Notes: generated by a model from the letters alone, not told the origin. DNA of 64,000 bases from Anaerolineales bacterium (GCA_016929095.1 JAFGJM010000016.1:32535-96534); one strand, 5' to 3'; positions 36,707-47,465 are shown, numbered from the stretch's first letter. Program-made: numbers and translations.

Positions 36707-36874
36707 TTATGGAAATAGGTTTTTTATTTCATTTTTATCGTATATCTATCTTAGATTTACCCATAATCCTTGGGTATTCGATGATTCCCCCCCTGGTAGT
36801 TGCCTGTCAGCTACCGTTATATTGTGGATATCCTCAACGCGATAACTTAACGAATAACCTCATCTGTTATCAAA

Positions 36875-38371
36875 CTACGCCAATAGAGCATTTGCGGTAA
36901 TATTTTTATCGGATAATTTCAATTGTTTGTTACTATATAATTGCCGATCAGCTTCTTCCAATAATTGTTCGGCTGTAAGACCTGGATGATAACTGGCAAT
37001 GCCGATACTGACATTTAAAGGTGTATTTGCGTAGAATAATTTGTTAACACTGTTTTCAATTTTCTGCAACACTGCAGTTGCGCCTTCTAAATCAGTTTCA
37101 AGCAAGAGGATAATAAATTCATCGCCTCCAAAACGCGCCAATATATCCGATTGACGCATTTGACCGGCAAGCGTTCTGGCGACAATTTTTAATACGGCAT
37201 CCCCTTTTAAATGGCCAAACGTATCATTTATCATTTTAAAATGATCTATATCAATGAGAAGGACAGAAAAAATATTTTTATAACGACAGGCGCGTTCTAT
37301 CTCCTGAATGAAAATCTCGTTGAAATAATGTCGATTATACAATCCGGTCAAACTGTCGGTAATAGCGAGTTTATACATTTCCTCATATAGCCGCATGTTA
37401 TCCATCAGGACAATTTGCTGCCTGCCAAGCACAAGCGCGATTAAAAGGATCGTTCCGACGAACAACCCTTGTAATTCGAATGAATAATTCTCCGACGAAT
37501 AAAACACCATAATCAGTAAAACCGGACCTGTAGCAGCTGCAATATACGGCAATGTCGTACGTATTATTCGTTGTAATGGGTCTGTAAAAATACCGCTTTC
37601 AATTGGCTTTTCATATACGATGTCGATTTGTTTGAGAATAGCTAACCACATGAATAAACCAGAGAAGAGCCATAGAATATTTAAATATGCAATCGTATAT
37701 TGGATTTCATTCAATTCATAATATGCAAAATAGCTATCCGGTAATGCGATAATAAATACGCTGAGGGCAATAAAAATCGAAGACCAGCGGGATAATTTCT
37801 CGGTGTTTCGCTGAATTAATACAGTTATTGCAGCAAATAGCAGTAAATCTCCAACAGGGTAAGCCAGGGCAACAACACCTTCTAAACCGCCTTCGGATGA
37901 TAGATGGATTGGCGCTAAGAAGAAATGCCAGAATATCATGAGCATGGTCACCATGACGATACAGATATCGAAGAAATAAATAAATAATTCCATCCGCTTT
38001 AATGGCTTGAAGGGGAAAAGAAGAACCCCGAAAAGCGTAAGCGGATAAAAGAGAAGATAAAATAGATCTGCAATTGAAGGGAATGGATCGATTCCTAATA
38101 TCGTTTCATAGTAGTACCAAATACTCTCAGCGATAATGTTTGAAAGGGCAGCCAAACCAAGAATAAGCCAACCACGCCGAATACGATGATCTAATTTTTT
38201 TTGGATGAAAACGAAAACACTGGCAAAGGTAATAAGAAGCTGAATAACAATTAGCCCCAGAGTGGAAAGCACATTTTCCAAGGCTATATCGAAATGAAAA
38301 AATATTACCCAAATTGTATAGAGAAGAAACGGTGTGATTGAAAAATAAATAAAAAATTTTTTAGATTTCAT
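36875..38371 (-). CDS. diguanylate cyclase (GGDEF) with an approximately 10-TM N-terminal sensor domain
   Basis: RFGGDEF. The TM region is collinear with its neighbour (YPVGDLLLFAA versus YPTGDLILLTG). Confidence 0.85.
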   Translation of the reverse strand: MKSKKFFIYFSITPFLLYTIWVIFFHFDIALENVLSTLGLIVIQLLITFASVFVFIQKKLDHRIRRGWLILGLAALSNIIAESIWYYYETILGIDPFPSIADLFYLLFYPLTLFGVLLFPFKPLKRMELFIYFFDICIVMVTMLMIFWHFFLAPIHLSSEGGLEGVVALAYPVGDLLLFAAITVLIQRNTEKLSRWSSIFIALSVFIIALPDSYFAYYELNEIQYTIAYLNILWLFSGLFMWLAILKQIDIVYEKPIESGIFTDPLQRIIRTTLPYIAAATGPVLLIMVFYSSENYSFELQGLFVGTILLIALVLGRQQIVLMDNMRLYEEMYKLAITDSLTGLYNRHYFNEIFIQEIERACRYKNIFSVLLIDIDHFKMINDTFGHLKGDAVLKIVARTLAGQMRQSDILARFGGDEFIILLLETDLEGATAVLQKIENSVNKLFYANTPLNVSIGIASYHPGLTAEQLLEEADRQLYSNKQLKLSDKNITANALLA

Positions 38372-38625
38372 CGATCATTTTTCAATAAAATTGATAATCC
38401 ATAAAGCCATATTGAGTTTATCATAGTTGCCTTTATAAGATTTACCAAATTTGATATTAATTGCTAAAGCTTTTGCTATAATTATATTAATGAAACATCC
38501 TGTAAAATGACAATCGATTATCCAAATATCAGTATGGTTTGGATGAACCGCATAAACGATATTATATTTATAATATTGATACCGAAAATAATCTATCTTG
38601 TTATTAAAAATATATGAGGTGAAGG

Positions 38626-41163
38626 ATGAATACGGATGGTAAATTCTTTTTAGGAAACATATTCGATGTTGATAAAAAAACATTAACCAACCAGGCCTTA
38701 CTCTACGATCCGGACGATCTGACCACTCACGCCATGGTGGTTGGGATGACCGGTTCGGGAAAAACCGGGCTTTGTATCGGTATGCTGGAAGAGGCCGCAT
38801 TGAACGGTATTCCATCGATCATGGTAGACCCTAAGGGTGATATTACCAATACATTACTTCACTTTCCCGATTTGCTTCCACAAGATTTTCAACCCTGGAT
38901 CGATCCAGATCAGGCGCGCCGGGAGGGAGTTTCGATTGAAAAAGCTGCCGAAACCACCGCCGCCCAATGGAAAAAAGGTCTGGCGCAATGGGGCATCGAT
39001 TCTGAACGGATAACCAAGTTAAAAAATTCTGCGGAATTCGCTATCTATACACCGGGCTCCGATGCCGGCATTCCGGTAAGTATTTTGTCGTCATTAAAAG
39101 CACCTGAAATCCCATGGGAAAGCAACAAAGAATTGTTACGGGAAAAAATATCGGGAACCGTAACAGCTTTATTGGGTCTGGTAGGGTTAACCGATATCGA
39201 TCCGGTGCGCTCACGAGAGCATATCCTTCTTTCAAATATCTTTGAACATGCCTGGAATCAGGGAAAGGATCTGAACCTGGGGGAATTGATCATGCAAGTG
39301 CAAACACCGCCTTTTCAAAAGCTGGGTGTATTGGAAGTGAATTCTTTCTTCCCCGATAAAGACCGGTTCAGTCTGGCGATGCTCTTGAACAATATCCTGG
39401 CGGCGCCTGCATTCCAAACCTGGGTGGAGGGTCAACCCCTCGATATTGCCAGTTTACTATACACGCCTCAGGGAAAACCACGCCATTGTGTATTTTATAT
39501 TGCCCATCTCACCGACGAAGAGCGGATGTTTTTTGTGACTTTGCTTTTCTCGGCAGTCGAAGCCTGGATGCGCGCCCAAAGCGGATCGGGTTCATTACGC
39601 GCCATTGTATATTTCGATGAAATCTTCGGTTACCTGCCACCATTGGGAAATCCACCCTCCAAGGAGATCATCTTACGCATGCTTAAGCAAGCCCGTGCAT
39701 TTGGCGTGGGATTAGTGTTGGTCAGCCAAAATCCCGTTGATCTTGACTATAAAGGCCTCTCGAATACCGGAACCTGGATGGTAGGTAAGCTGCAGACCGA
39801 TCAAGATAAACAGCGCTTGCTGGATGGTTTGGAAGGCGCCACATCTGGCAGTCTCAACCGAAGTGAATATGACAAACTTATATCCAGCCTGGGAAAACGC
39901 GTCTTTCTCGTCCATAATGTCCATGAAGCCAAAGCGCAGGTTTTCTCGACGCGTTGGTGTATGAATTACCTGGCTGGACCACTCACAAGGGCGCAAATTC
40001 CCGGATTAAATAAGTTAGCTGGCGCGACCGGTCCTGCGGGAACGACAGTGGCTGCCCCGCAAGATAGTGTTAAAACACAGGCTGGAATACAGGCAAGCCA
40101 GGCGCCAAAACCCGCAAAAACTACGGTTGAGAAAGTGACAGAGATATCGAAATATTCGAGTACACGTCCGGCAATTCCCACCGGGGTGGATGTATATTTT
40201 CTGCCAAATAATCTTACACTTTCAGCAGCCATTAAAGCCGCAGAGCGATCTATACCACAAAATGCAGAAAATCAAGGCCTGGTGTATTATCCGGTTGTTT
40301 TAGGACAGGCGAGTATTCGATTCCTGAACCGTAAATATGATTTAGATTATGATATCAGGAAAACCGTATTAGTTCCTAATCCTGACCGCCGGGGTATGGT
40401 GCGGTGGGATGATTATCCTTTTCATTCCATTCAACTGAGCAAACTTGATAAAAAACCGGTATCTCAAGCCCGATTTGGTTCTTTAGAAGCGCCGTTTACC
40501 GACGCAAAAATAATAAAAGACATGCAGAAAGATTTCCTGGATTGGGCATACCGTTCAAGCGAAGTGACGTTGCATGCCAATGAAGAGTTAAAAGTCTACG
40601 CCGGCCCCGAGGTCTCTTCAGCGCAATTTCGTACCCAATGCGCCGAAACTGCCCGTAAGGAAAGAGATGCAGAAATCAAGAAGAGCAATGCGGCTTTCGA
40701 TTCAAAAATGAAAAGCCTGAAAAATAAACTAGCCAAGGAGGAACGGGAATTAGAAAGCGATAAATCTGAACTCTCTCAACGAAAAATGGAAGAATTGGGT
40801 GGCGCCGCGGAAACCGTCTTTGGTTTATTTACCGGGAAGAAAAGCAGCCGGCGTATTTCATCCTCGTTATCGAAACGCCGCATGACTTCTCAAGCGAAAG
40901 CCGATGTGGAAGAATCGCTGGATGTCATTGAAGAATTGAAGAAACAAATCGCGGATATCGAAGCAGAAAAGGCTCAAGCTGAGGAAGAAATAAAGAATCG
41001 CTGGGAAGATATTGCCAGTCTAGATGAGGAAATAACAGTTACCCCCCTCAAAAAAGATGTGTTGCTGGATATGTTTGGGGTTGCCTGGATGCCCTATCAT
41101 CTAGTTAAAACCGGGGATGAAAGCATAGAACTTCCCGGCTATGGCAGCCAACTGCCAGGATGA
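38626..41163 (+). CDS. HerA/FtsK-superfamily P-loop NTPase (DUF853/YjgR-like) with an approximately 350-aa C-terminal extension that includes a coiled coil
   Basis: Walker A GMTGSGKTG, Walker B AIVYFDEIFGY, and the VLVSQNPVDLDYKGLSNTGTWMVGKLQTDQD block. Charged heptad-like region at 40630-41000. Confidence 0.7.
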   Translation: MNTDGKFFLGNIFDVDKKTLTNQALLYDPDDLTTHAMVVGMTGSGKTGLCIGMLEEAALNGIPSIMVDPKGDITNTLLHFPDLLPQDFQPWIDPDQARREGVSIEKAAETTAAQWKKGLAQWGIDSERITKLKNSAEFAIYTPGSDAGIPVSILSSLKAPEIPWESNKELLREKISGTVTALLGLVGLTDIDPVRSREHILLSNIFEHAWNQGKDLNLGELIMQVQTPPFQKLGVLEVNSFFPDKDRFSLAMLLNNILAAPAFQTWVEGQPLDIASLLYTPQGKPRHCVFYIAHLTDEERMFFVTLLFSAVEAWMRAQSGSGSLRAIVYFDEIFGYLPPLGNPPSKEIILRMLKQARAFGVGLVLVSQNPVDLDYKGLSNTGTWMVGKLQTDQDKQRLLDGLEGATSGSLNRSEYDKLISSLGKRVFLVHNVHEAKAQVFSTRWCMNYLAGPLTRAQIPGLNKLAGATGPAGTTVAAPQDSVKTQAGIQASQAPKPAKTTVEKVTEISKYSSTRPAIPTGVDVYFLPNNLTLSAAIKAAERSIPQNAENQGLVYYPVVLGQASIRFLNRKYDLDYDIRKTVLVPNPDRRGMVRWDDYPFHSIQLSKLDKKPVSQARFGSLEAPFTDAKIIKDMQKDFLDWAYRSSEVTLHANEELKVYAGPEVSSAQFRTQCAETARKERDAEIKKSNAAFDSKMKSLKNKLAKEERELESDKSELSQRKMEELGGAAETVFGLFTGKKSSRRISSSLSKRRMTSQAKADVEESLDVIEELKKQIADIEAEKAQAEEEIKNRWEDIASLDEEITVTPLKKDVLLDMFGVAWMPYHLVKTGDESIELPGYGSQLPG

Positions 41164-41172
41164 GAGTCCATT

Positions 41173-41670
41173 ATGATCCCGCATATTCAATTGCCCGATG
41201 AGGGAGACAATTTACGCGCCATCAGTATGATAACCCGACGAGAGATAGAAGCGCGGGTAATCGCTCCCTTGATGGAGGCATTTGCTCAGGAAATGGGGAT
41301 TGAACGTACGGTAGAAATTGCAGGTCGGGTAATCCGGCAAATTGCTCATGAACAGGGATGCCAGCTAGCAAAAAGCTTGGGGGGCTGTACCCTGGCTCAT
41401 TTTGCTAAATTAGTGGAGGCTTGGGGTAAAGACGACGCTTTGCAAATGGAAATCATTGAACAGGATGAGAATCGATTACATTTTAATGTAACACGTTGCC
41501 GCTATGCAGAGTTATATAAAAATTTAGGCATCCCCCAATTGGGAAAGATGCTCTCGTGTAATCGAGATGAGGCTTTGATCGAAGGGTTTAATCCAGCGAT
41601 TAAACTGCACCGCGCCCATACCATTATGGAGGGCGCAGCTTTTTGTGACTTTCGATTTAATAAAACCTAA
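41173..41670 (+). CDS. ATC-hydrolase-family (L-2-amino-thiazoline-4-carboxylate hydrolase-like) protein
   Basis: FNVTRCRYAELYKNLGIPQLGKMLSCNRDEALIEGFNP...GAAFCDFRF. Lies 9 nt after the NTPase gene. Confidence 0.65.
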   Translation: MIPHIQLPDEGDNLRAISMITRREIEARVIAPLMEAFAQEMGIERTVEIAGRVIRQIAHEQGCQLAKSLGGCTLAHFAKLVEAWGKDDALQMEIIEQDENRLHFNVTRCRYAELYKNLGIPQLGKMLSCNRDEALIEGFNPAIKLHRAHTIMEGAAFCDFRFNKT

Positions 41671-41683
41671 ACACACGTTTCAA

Positions 41684-42310
41684 TTACGCGCATACATCGA
41701 TGTGCGTGGTTGGTGTATGTGATTTATTTTTTGTTTTCATACTCTGTTCATTAAGCGCCATGCGGGCTTTGAATGCCATGGTCGCGGCCTCCGCTGCCAC
41801 CGCCCTATCCTGAGCAGAAGGATCGGCCGGCGCTAAAGCTGCCCGTCGAATTCGTTCGGCTTTTAAAATTGTGCCCTGGGGATCGCCGGGTACTTCACTG
41901 GTATCGATAGAAACTTCACCCCCGACTGCATAGCGTTTACCATCCGGCCCGGTTGCATATTCATAAGAAGCCCCCTTCCTGACCAGGTTACCCCCGGCAG
42001 CCATATGGGCTTGTTCGTGAGCACGCACCTTACGGTCGATGGTCTTTAATTCTTTGACCTCTCGTTTTTCTTCCTCGGATAATTCTTCCGTTTGACCGGC
42101 AACATGACCGGCTTTATTCTCCTCGGCTTTCTCCTTTGCCTGAGGTGACAACTCCACCGTATCATCCCCGCTTTCGAAGGGGAAAATTGGGCGCGTTTCT
42201 CCGGTATCATCCTCAAGTGGTTTTTGCCTGCCGCTAACTTGCGGGTACGTCTCCCCAAAATTAGTGATCAGAGAATTTATATAGTTTTGATTGGCGTCCT
42301 CGACCATCAT
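41684..42310 (-). CDS. SprA-related / putative metalloprotease family protein
   Basis: RAHEQAHMAAGG motif and a glutamate-rich N-terminal half. Start set at the ATGATG behind CAGAGG (MMVEDANQ...); the longer ORF reaches 42388. Confidence 0.65.
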   Translation of the reverse strand: MMVEDANQNYINSLITNFGETYPQVSGRQKPLEDDTGETRPIFPFESGDDTVELSPQAKEKAEENKAGHVAGQTEELSEEEKREVKELKTIDRKVRAHEQAHMAAGGNLVRKGASYEYATGPDGKRYAVGGEVSIDTSEVPGDPQGTILKAERIRRAALAPADPSAQDRAVAAEAATMAFKARMALNEQSMKTKNKSHTPTTHIDVCA

Positions 42311-42566
42311 AAAATACCTCTGTTTCGTTATCGGCATGATCGAGATAATATTTAGAGCAATATGCATCATTTTTAGATAACCTGACAATATTGACAGGCG
42401 AAATTGTGATATATATTGATTTCGGTTGATAAATTCCTACACGTCGTTAATATCCCCCTTATATATTTCCAATACTCTTGTCTTATACTTTTCGGTGGAT
42501 AATGCCTTTAATACGCATTATTCTGATTATGTTTAATGAATTTAGTCGCCCGACAGTTTGCAATTT

Positions 42567-42692
42567 GTCATTGCGAGGCGCCCGCCATGGCGACGATCGC
42601 GTAGCATCCCTTTAAGGGAAGGGATCTTCCAGAAAATATTAATATTCCTATTGATATCAAGATTGCTTCACTCGTTCCTTCCTCGCAATGAC
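42567..42692. repeat. repeat family 1 hairpin element
   Basis: GTCATTGCGAGGCGCCCGCCATGGCGACGATCGC...AGATTGCTTCACTCGTTCCTTCCTCGCAATGAC, with 12-nt perfect inverted termini. Confidence 0.8.
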
Positions 42693-42829
42693 AGTTCATG
42701 AAATCTGTCAGGAGGTTGGAAATAAATTAGGAATAATTTATCAAGAAGTAAAAAACACAAATGAACGAAATCTGATTACTTTTGTAAACCATTTATTACC
42801 GGTAAGAAAAAAAGTAGAGGAGAAACAAG

Positions 42830-45433
42830 ATGAATTTAGAGAAGTATACACAAAAATCACAAGAAGCGCTGATAGCTGCTCAACACCTGGCTCAAGAATA
42901 TAATCATCAAACGATCGAGCCAATTCACCTGTTGTTGGCTCTGTTGCGTCAAGAAGATGGCGTCGCGCCCGCAATTGTTACTAAGGTGGCGGGTAGCGAA
43001 AAAGCTATCCGCGAAGAAATCACGCAGGAACTTGAAAAACGTTCAAAGGTATACGGCGGAAGCGGCGAGGTGGGATTGGCACAACCGACCACAAAAGTGT
43101 TGGAAGCCGCAGAACGATACACGAAGGGTATGAATGATGATTACGTCTCAACGGAACATATCCTGCTCGGACTGACTGAAAGCATGGAAGGTAAACGGCT
43201 CAGCCAGTATGGATTGACCAAAGATGCTATTCTCAAAGCCCTGGCAGACATACGCGGCACACAACGCGTGACATCCCAATCGCCGGAAGATACCTATCAG
43301 GCGCTGGAGAAATATGGCCGTGACCTCACCGCTCAAGCGCGCAAAGGAAAAATGGATCCCGTCATTGGACGCGACGAAGAAATCCGCCGCATCATTCAAA
43401 TATTGTCCCGCCGCACAAAAAACAATCCCGCATTGATTGGCGACCCGGGAGTCGGGAAGACCGCGATTGTCGAGGGGCTCGCCCAACGGATCGTCAACGG
43501 GGATGTGCCGGAAGGCTTGAAGCACAAACGTCTGGTGCAACTGGATATGGGAGCATTGGTTGCCGGCGCGAAATACCGGGGTGAATTCGAGGAGCGCTTG
43601 AAAGCCTGCTTGAAAGAAATCACCGATGCCTCCGGGGAAATCATTCTATTTGTCGATGAGATGCATACGGTCGTTGGCGCTGGCGCGGCAGAAGGCGCCA
43701 TGGATGCCGGCAATATGCTTAAGCCCATGCTGGCTCGCGGCGAGTTGCATATGATCGGCGCTACCACCATCGACGAATACCGCAAACACGTCGAAAAAGA
43801 CCCTGCTCTGGAACGCCGCTTCCAGCCGGTGTTGGTCGATGAACCAAACGTGGAAGAAACCATCAGTATCTTGCGGGGCTTAAAAGAACGCTACGAAGTT
43901 CATCATGGTGTGCGCATCACCGATCCGGCAGTCATTGCCGCGGCAACCCTCTCGCACCGCTATATCGCCGACCGCCATCTGCCGGATAAAGCCATCGATT
44001 TGATCGATGAGGCAGCCGCCCGCTTGCGCACGGAAATCGATTCAAAACCGCAAGCATTAGACGAAGCCGATCGGCAGATCATGCAACTCGAAATCGAGCG
44101 CCAGGCATTGAAAAAAGAAAAGGACAAAGCCTCTTTGGAACGCCTGGAGCGTATCGAGAAGGATTTGGCTGATCTGCACGAGCGCTCTTCGCAGTTACAT
44201 GCCCGCTGGCAGGTCGAAAAACAAGCCATCGGTCAAATGCAAACCTTAAAAGAACAAATCGAACAGACCCGGCTGGAAATCGAACGCGCCGAACGTCAAA
44301 ACCAACTCGAAACAGTAGCCCGCTTGCGTTATGGGAAACTGCGAGACCTGGAAAGTCGATTAAACGAAGGAGAGCTAAAACTAAAAGAGATCCAGGCAGA
44401 CGGCGCCATGCTTAAAGAAGAAGTGGACGCCGAGGAAATCGCCCAAATCGTGTCCCGTTGGACGGGTATCCCCATATCCAGACTGCTGGAGGGAGAGACC
44501 CAAAAACTCATCCATATGGAAGACCGCCTTCACCAACGGGTTGTCGGTCAGGATGAAGCCTTGCGTGTAGTTTCCAATGCTGTGCGCCGTACTCGCGCCG
44601 GCTTGCAAGACCCTAACCGCCCTATGGGCTCATTCATTTTCCTCGGTCCAACCGGTGTGGGAAAAACCGAATTGGCGCGTGCATTGGCAGAGTTCCTGTT
44701 CGACGACGAGCGCGCCATGATACGCATCGATATGAGTGAATATCAAGAAAAACATACCGTCTCGCGCCTGGTAGGCGCGCCTCCCGGATATATCGGATAC
44801 GAAGAAGGCGGTCAACTGACTGAATCTGTCCGCCGCCGACCATACAGTGTGGTTCTTTTTGACGAAATCGAGAAAGCCCACCCGGAAGTTTTCAATGTGC
44901 TGCTGCAATTACTGGATGACGGTCGCTTGACTGACGGGCATGGCCGCACAGTTGATTTTCGTAATACATTGGTCATCATGACTTCCAACCTTGGCAACGA
45001 GTTGTGGGTAGGGCGTGATAATGGCAGCAGTGAACAGGTATCTCGGGAGACCATTACCCGTTTGCTGCAAAACCATTTTCGTCCCGAGTTTTTGAACCGT
45101 ATCGATGAGATTGTCATCTTTCATCCGCTTTCGCGTCAGGATATTGCCGATATTGTGGATATCCAAATGCGCCATGTCTCTAAGTTATTGGCCGAGCGTG
45201 GCTTCACCCTGGAAGTTAGCGAATCCGCTCGTCAATATTTGGCAGAGGTGGGGTATGACCCCAATTTTGGCGCACGCCCATTGAAACGCACTATCCAGCG
45301 TCAATTGCAAGACCCCCTGGCGTTGAAATTGCTTTCCGGCGAATTCCAGGATGGCGATATTATCCGTGTGGATCAAGATTCAGATGGACTGACTTTCACA
45401 CCCATATTGCAAGGTGAAGTCATCGAGTCTTAA
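42830..45433 (+). CDS. clpB: ATP-dependent chaperone/disaggregase ClpB
   Basis: 867 aa. Clp_N repeats, two AAA+ modules (GDPGVGKT and GPTGVGKT) and a long middle coiled coil. GAGGAG RBS. Confidence 0.95.
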   Translation: MNLEKYTQKSQEALIAAQHLAQEYNHQTIEPIHLLLALLRQEDGVAPAIVTKVAGSEKAIREEITQELEKRSKVYGGSGEVGLAQPTTKVLEAAERYTKGMNDDYVSTEHILLGLTESMEGKRLSQYGLTKDAILKALADIRGTQRVTSQSPEDTYQALEKYGRDLTAQARKGKMDPVIGRDEEIRRIIQILSRRTKNNPALIGDPGVGKTAIVEGLAQRIVNGDVPEGLKHKRLVQLDMGALVAGAKYRGEFEERLKACLKEITDASGEIILFVDEMHTVVGAGAAEGAMDAGNMLKPMLARGELHMIGATTIDEYRKHVEKDPALERRFQPVLVDEPNVEETISILRGLKERYEVHHGVRITDPAVIAAATLSHRYIADRHLPDKAIDLIDEAAARLRTEIDSKPQALDEADRQIMQLEIERQALKKEKDKASLERLERIEKDLADLHERSSQLHARWQVEKQAIGQMQTLKEQIEQTRLEIERAERQNQLETVARLRYGKLRDLESRLNEGELKLKEIQADGAMLKEEVDAEEIAQIVSRWTGIPISRLLEGETQKLIHMEDRLHQRVVGQDEALRVVSNAVRRTRAGLQDPNRPMGSFIFLGPTGVGKTELARALAEFLFDDERAMIRIDMSEYQEKHTVSRLVGAPPGYIGYEEGGQLTESVRRRPYSVVLFDEIEKAHPEVFNVLLQLLDDGRLTDGHGRTVDFRNTLVIMTSNLGNELWVGRDNGSSEQVSRETITRLLQNHFRPEFLNRIDEIVIFHPLSRQDIADIVDIQMRHVSKLLAERGFTLEVSESARQYLAEVGYDPNFGARPLKRTIQRQLQDPLALKLLSGEFQDGDIIRVDQDSDGLTFTPILQGEVIES

Positions 45434-47133
45434 TTGCTGGCCTTCACTCGCCTGTTAAGCCACATCAAACCCAAAACCGGTAGGGGAATGAAAGCAATTC
45501 CCCTGCAGCAGCCTCCTCTTCCCTGATCCTGTTCCTCTTCCTCTTCTGGTTGAGTCTCTGGTAGAGATGACTCCACCGCCGGTTCGCCCGATTCTGCCTC
45601 ACCGGGCGTTGCTTGCCCTGATATTCCCAATACATGAATATTATCCACCCATATCACACCCGAAGTACGCGCCTCAGGCAGTCCATCAAAAGCAAAGGCA
45701 ATAGCCGTTGTTTGTCCCGGGTCGAAGGGAGAACCGGCGTTATCTTCCCATGCTACGCGGCGTAATTGATCCCAGGGCACCTGAATATATGCCCATCCCG
45801 ATAAGCTTTCTTGCGGAACGTTGATAACATAAGCATATGAAGTGCGATTTTCAGGTGTTCCTCCCTGGGCAAGAAGACTGAACACCTGGTCTGCTTGATC
45901 GGCATGTAAATAAAAACCGATCCCGCTGCCGCTGCGCCAATCCTGAACCGTTCCATAAGGCAAAGTACAGGTTCCCCAACTGGCAGGGGCAATATCAAAT
46001 TCAATTTTCAGGGAGGTATTGCCCTGGTAGACCATACCTCTATCGACAGCGCACCGCATGACTGAATCTGTCGCTCCATCAAAATAAAATTGCCAGGCAT
46101 CTCCGCCCACCACCACTGTCTCAAAATCGTCGATCAATCCATTGAAAGTCATCGGGAGTCCTTCAATAGAAGGCTCGATTTCTGGCGCGCTTGCATCCGC
46201 TGCCTGGGGAGTGACTTGTGTTTGAGCGCTGTCACTTACACGCCAGCGATGGTAATAAATATTCAATAAGGGAACAAATTCTGCGGTTGCTTTGCTGTTC
46301 CCTTGCGCCGATGGATGGTCATCGTCCGGCGCAGATGGGTAAGCCGATGTATTGCCGCCCTGGTCAATAATATATTCAATTACACCCTGGTTGTAACGGT
46401 GGTGGTTATTTTCTCCGCTCAGCACATTATAGAAATCGAACACCGCCACATTGGGATAAGGGTATTGGTTTTCTTCCAGCCAATCATTCACCAACCAGGT
46501 ATTGAAGGCGCGGGCATTTTCCGCCAGAGAGGCATCCTGAACCGGCGGGGCGGTGATCACAATGAACAACTTGTCCGGTCGAGTAATGAAATAATTCAAT
46601 AAGTCATTGTATATATACCTGGCATTACTCACAGTCAATCCATCACCCGCTGCCGCCGGGTCATTGGGATCTCCTTCTATGTTTGAATTGGGAAAACAAG
46701 ATTTGAATAAAATGATCTCATTTTCCCCGCCGGGGTCAGATAAATTACGTGTATACGAAGAATTTTGTCCGTTCTCTGTAAAAAGGGCGGATAGATATCG
46801 TGGACTTTGCGCAGAGCGGAACCATTCCTGCCAATCTACGATATCAGTGCGATCGCCGATGGAATCCGGACCCCAGCCATAATTAGTATCGCTGACATAA
46901 TAATTATTTTCTCCCAGCGCGAGACCTAAACCGCCATGTTCATCGCTAAGCCAATTCTCTCCACAAGAATGATGGATAAAGACCAACCTGACCACAGTAG
47001 AGGGCGTTGATATATCATCTCCTTGTGCGTAAATAGTAGGAGGAAAACCGGAAGTGATAGCCAGCAGGAACAATATCACGATCCGGAGGATTTTCCACAA
47101 GAAGCGCTTTCGGGTGAGTACCTGATGACTCAT
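45430..47133 (-). CDS. secreted protein: SGNH-like hydrolase region plus a carbohydrate-binding-like beta-sandwich plus an acidic linker and a C-terminal TM/basic anchor
   Basis: Start moved to MSHQVL... behind AAGGAGG; the upstream part of ORF 45430..47280 lies in repeat copy C. Signal peptide, then [23 protein letters not shown], and a C-terminus of [35 protein letters not shown]. Confidence 0.6.
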   Translation of the reverse strand: MSHQVLTRKRFLWKILRIVILFLLAITSGFPPTIYAQGDDISTPSTVVRLVFIHHSCGENWLSDEHGGLGLALGENNYYVSDTNYGWGPDSIGDRTDIVDWQEWFRSAQSPRYLSALFTENGQNSSYTRNLSDPGGENEIILFKSCFPNSNIEGDPNDPAAAGDGLTVSNARYIYNDLLNYFITRPDKLFIVITAPPVQDASLAENARAFNTWLVNDWLEENQYPYPNVAVFDFYNVLSGENNHHRYNQGVIEYIIDQGGNTSAYPSAPDDDHPSAQGNSKATAEFVPLLNIYYHRWRVSDSAQTQVTPQAADASAPEIEPSIEGLPMTFNGLIDDFETVVVGGDAWQFYFDGATDSVMRCAVDRGMVYQGNTSLKIEFDIAPASWGTCTLPYGTVQDWRSGSGIGFYLHADQADQVFSLLAQGGTPENRTSYAYVINVPQESLSGWAYIQVPWDQLRRVAWEDNAGSPFDPGQTTAIAFAFDGLPEARTSGVIWVDNIHVLGISGQATPGEAESGEPAVESSLPETQPEEEEEQDQGRGGCCRGIAFIPLPVLGLMWLNRRVKASN

Positions 47134-47225
47134 ATTTTCCTCCTTATGGAGATCAATTATCGAAAATGCTATGAATAGGATTATTATTATTCTATAACAG
47201 GCTGGAGTTATGTCAACTAATTGCT

Positions 47226-47384
47226 GGTATGAAAATCCAAGATAAATGAGGAAGCCAGAACCCCCCTCATCTTCCCCCATTTTCTGCGAAAATGGGGGGA
47301 TGTTCGGAGGACAGGGGGGCAGAAAAGCAGCATAATTATTTTCTGCTATAAAAAATGCGGTTATCGTTTATCCGGCATAGCGAC
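47226..47384 (-). repeat. dispersed intergenic repeat family 2, copy C
   Basis: GAGGAAGCCAGAA...CCCCCATTTTC-TGC-GAAAATGGGGG...TTCGGAGGACAGG...CAGAAAAGCAG...AAAATGCGGTTATCGTTTATCCGGCATAGCGAC. Confidence 0.8.
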
Positions 47385-47465
47385 TGGTATGCATATAAAA
47401 GACTCTTCACTGTGTATATCGGTTTTAGTTAAAGAGTCTTTATATAGTCATTAAAATGCTTGGGA

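Noticed and set aside
38375-38815. 146-aa minus-strand ORF between the second GGDEF gene and the NTPase gene.
   Set aside because: It has an AT-rich, low-complexity (Y/I/N/F/K) composition. It overlaps the well-supported start of 38626..41163. It has no RBS or recognisable motif, so it is most likely a promoter region.
45430-45600. LPETQ as a sortase LPXTG signal.
   Set aside because: The motif lacks the Gly and lies ~17 acidic residues upstream of the hydrophobic helix rather than directly before it.
47134-47280. 49-codon N-terminal extension of ORF 45430..47280.
   Set aside because: The extension is encoded by repeat family 2 copy C. An internal ATG at 47133 has an AAGGAGG RBS and is followed by a typical signal peptide.
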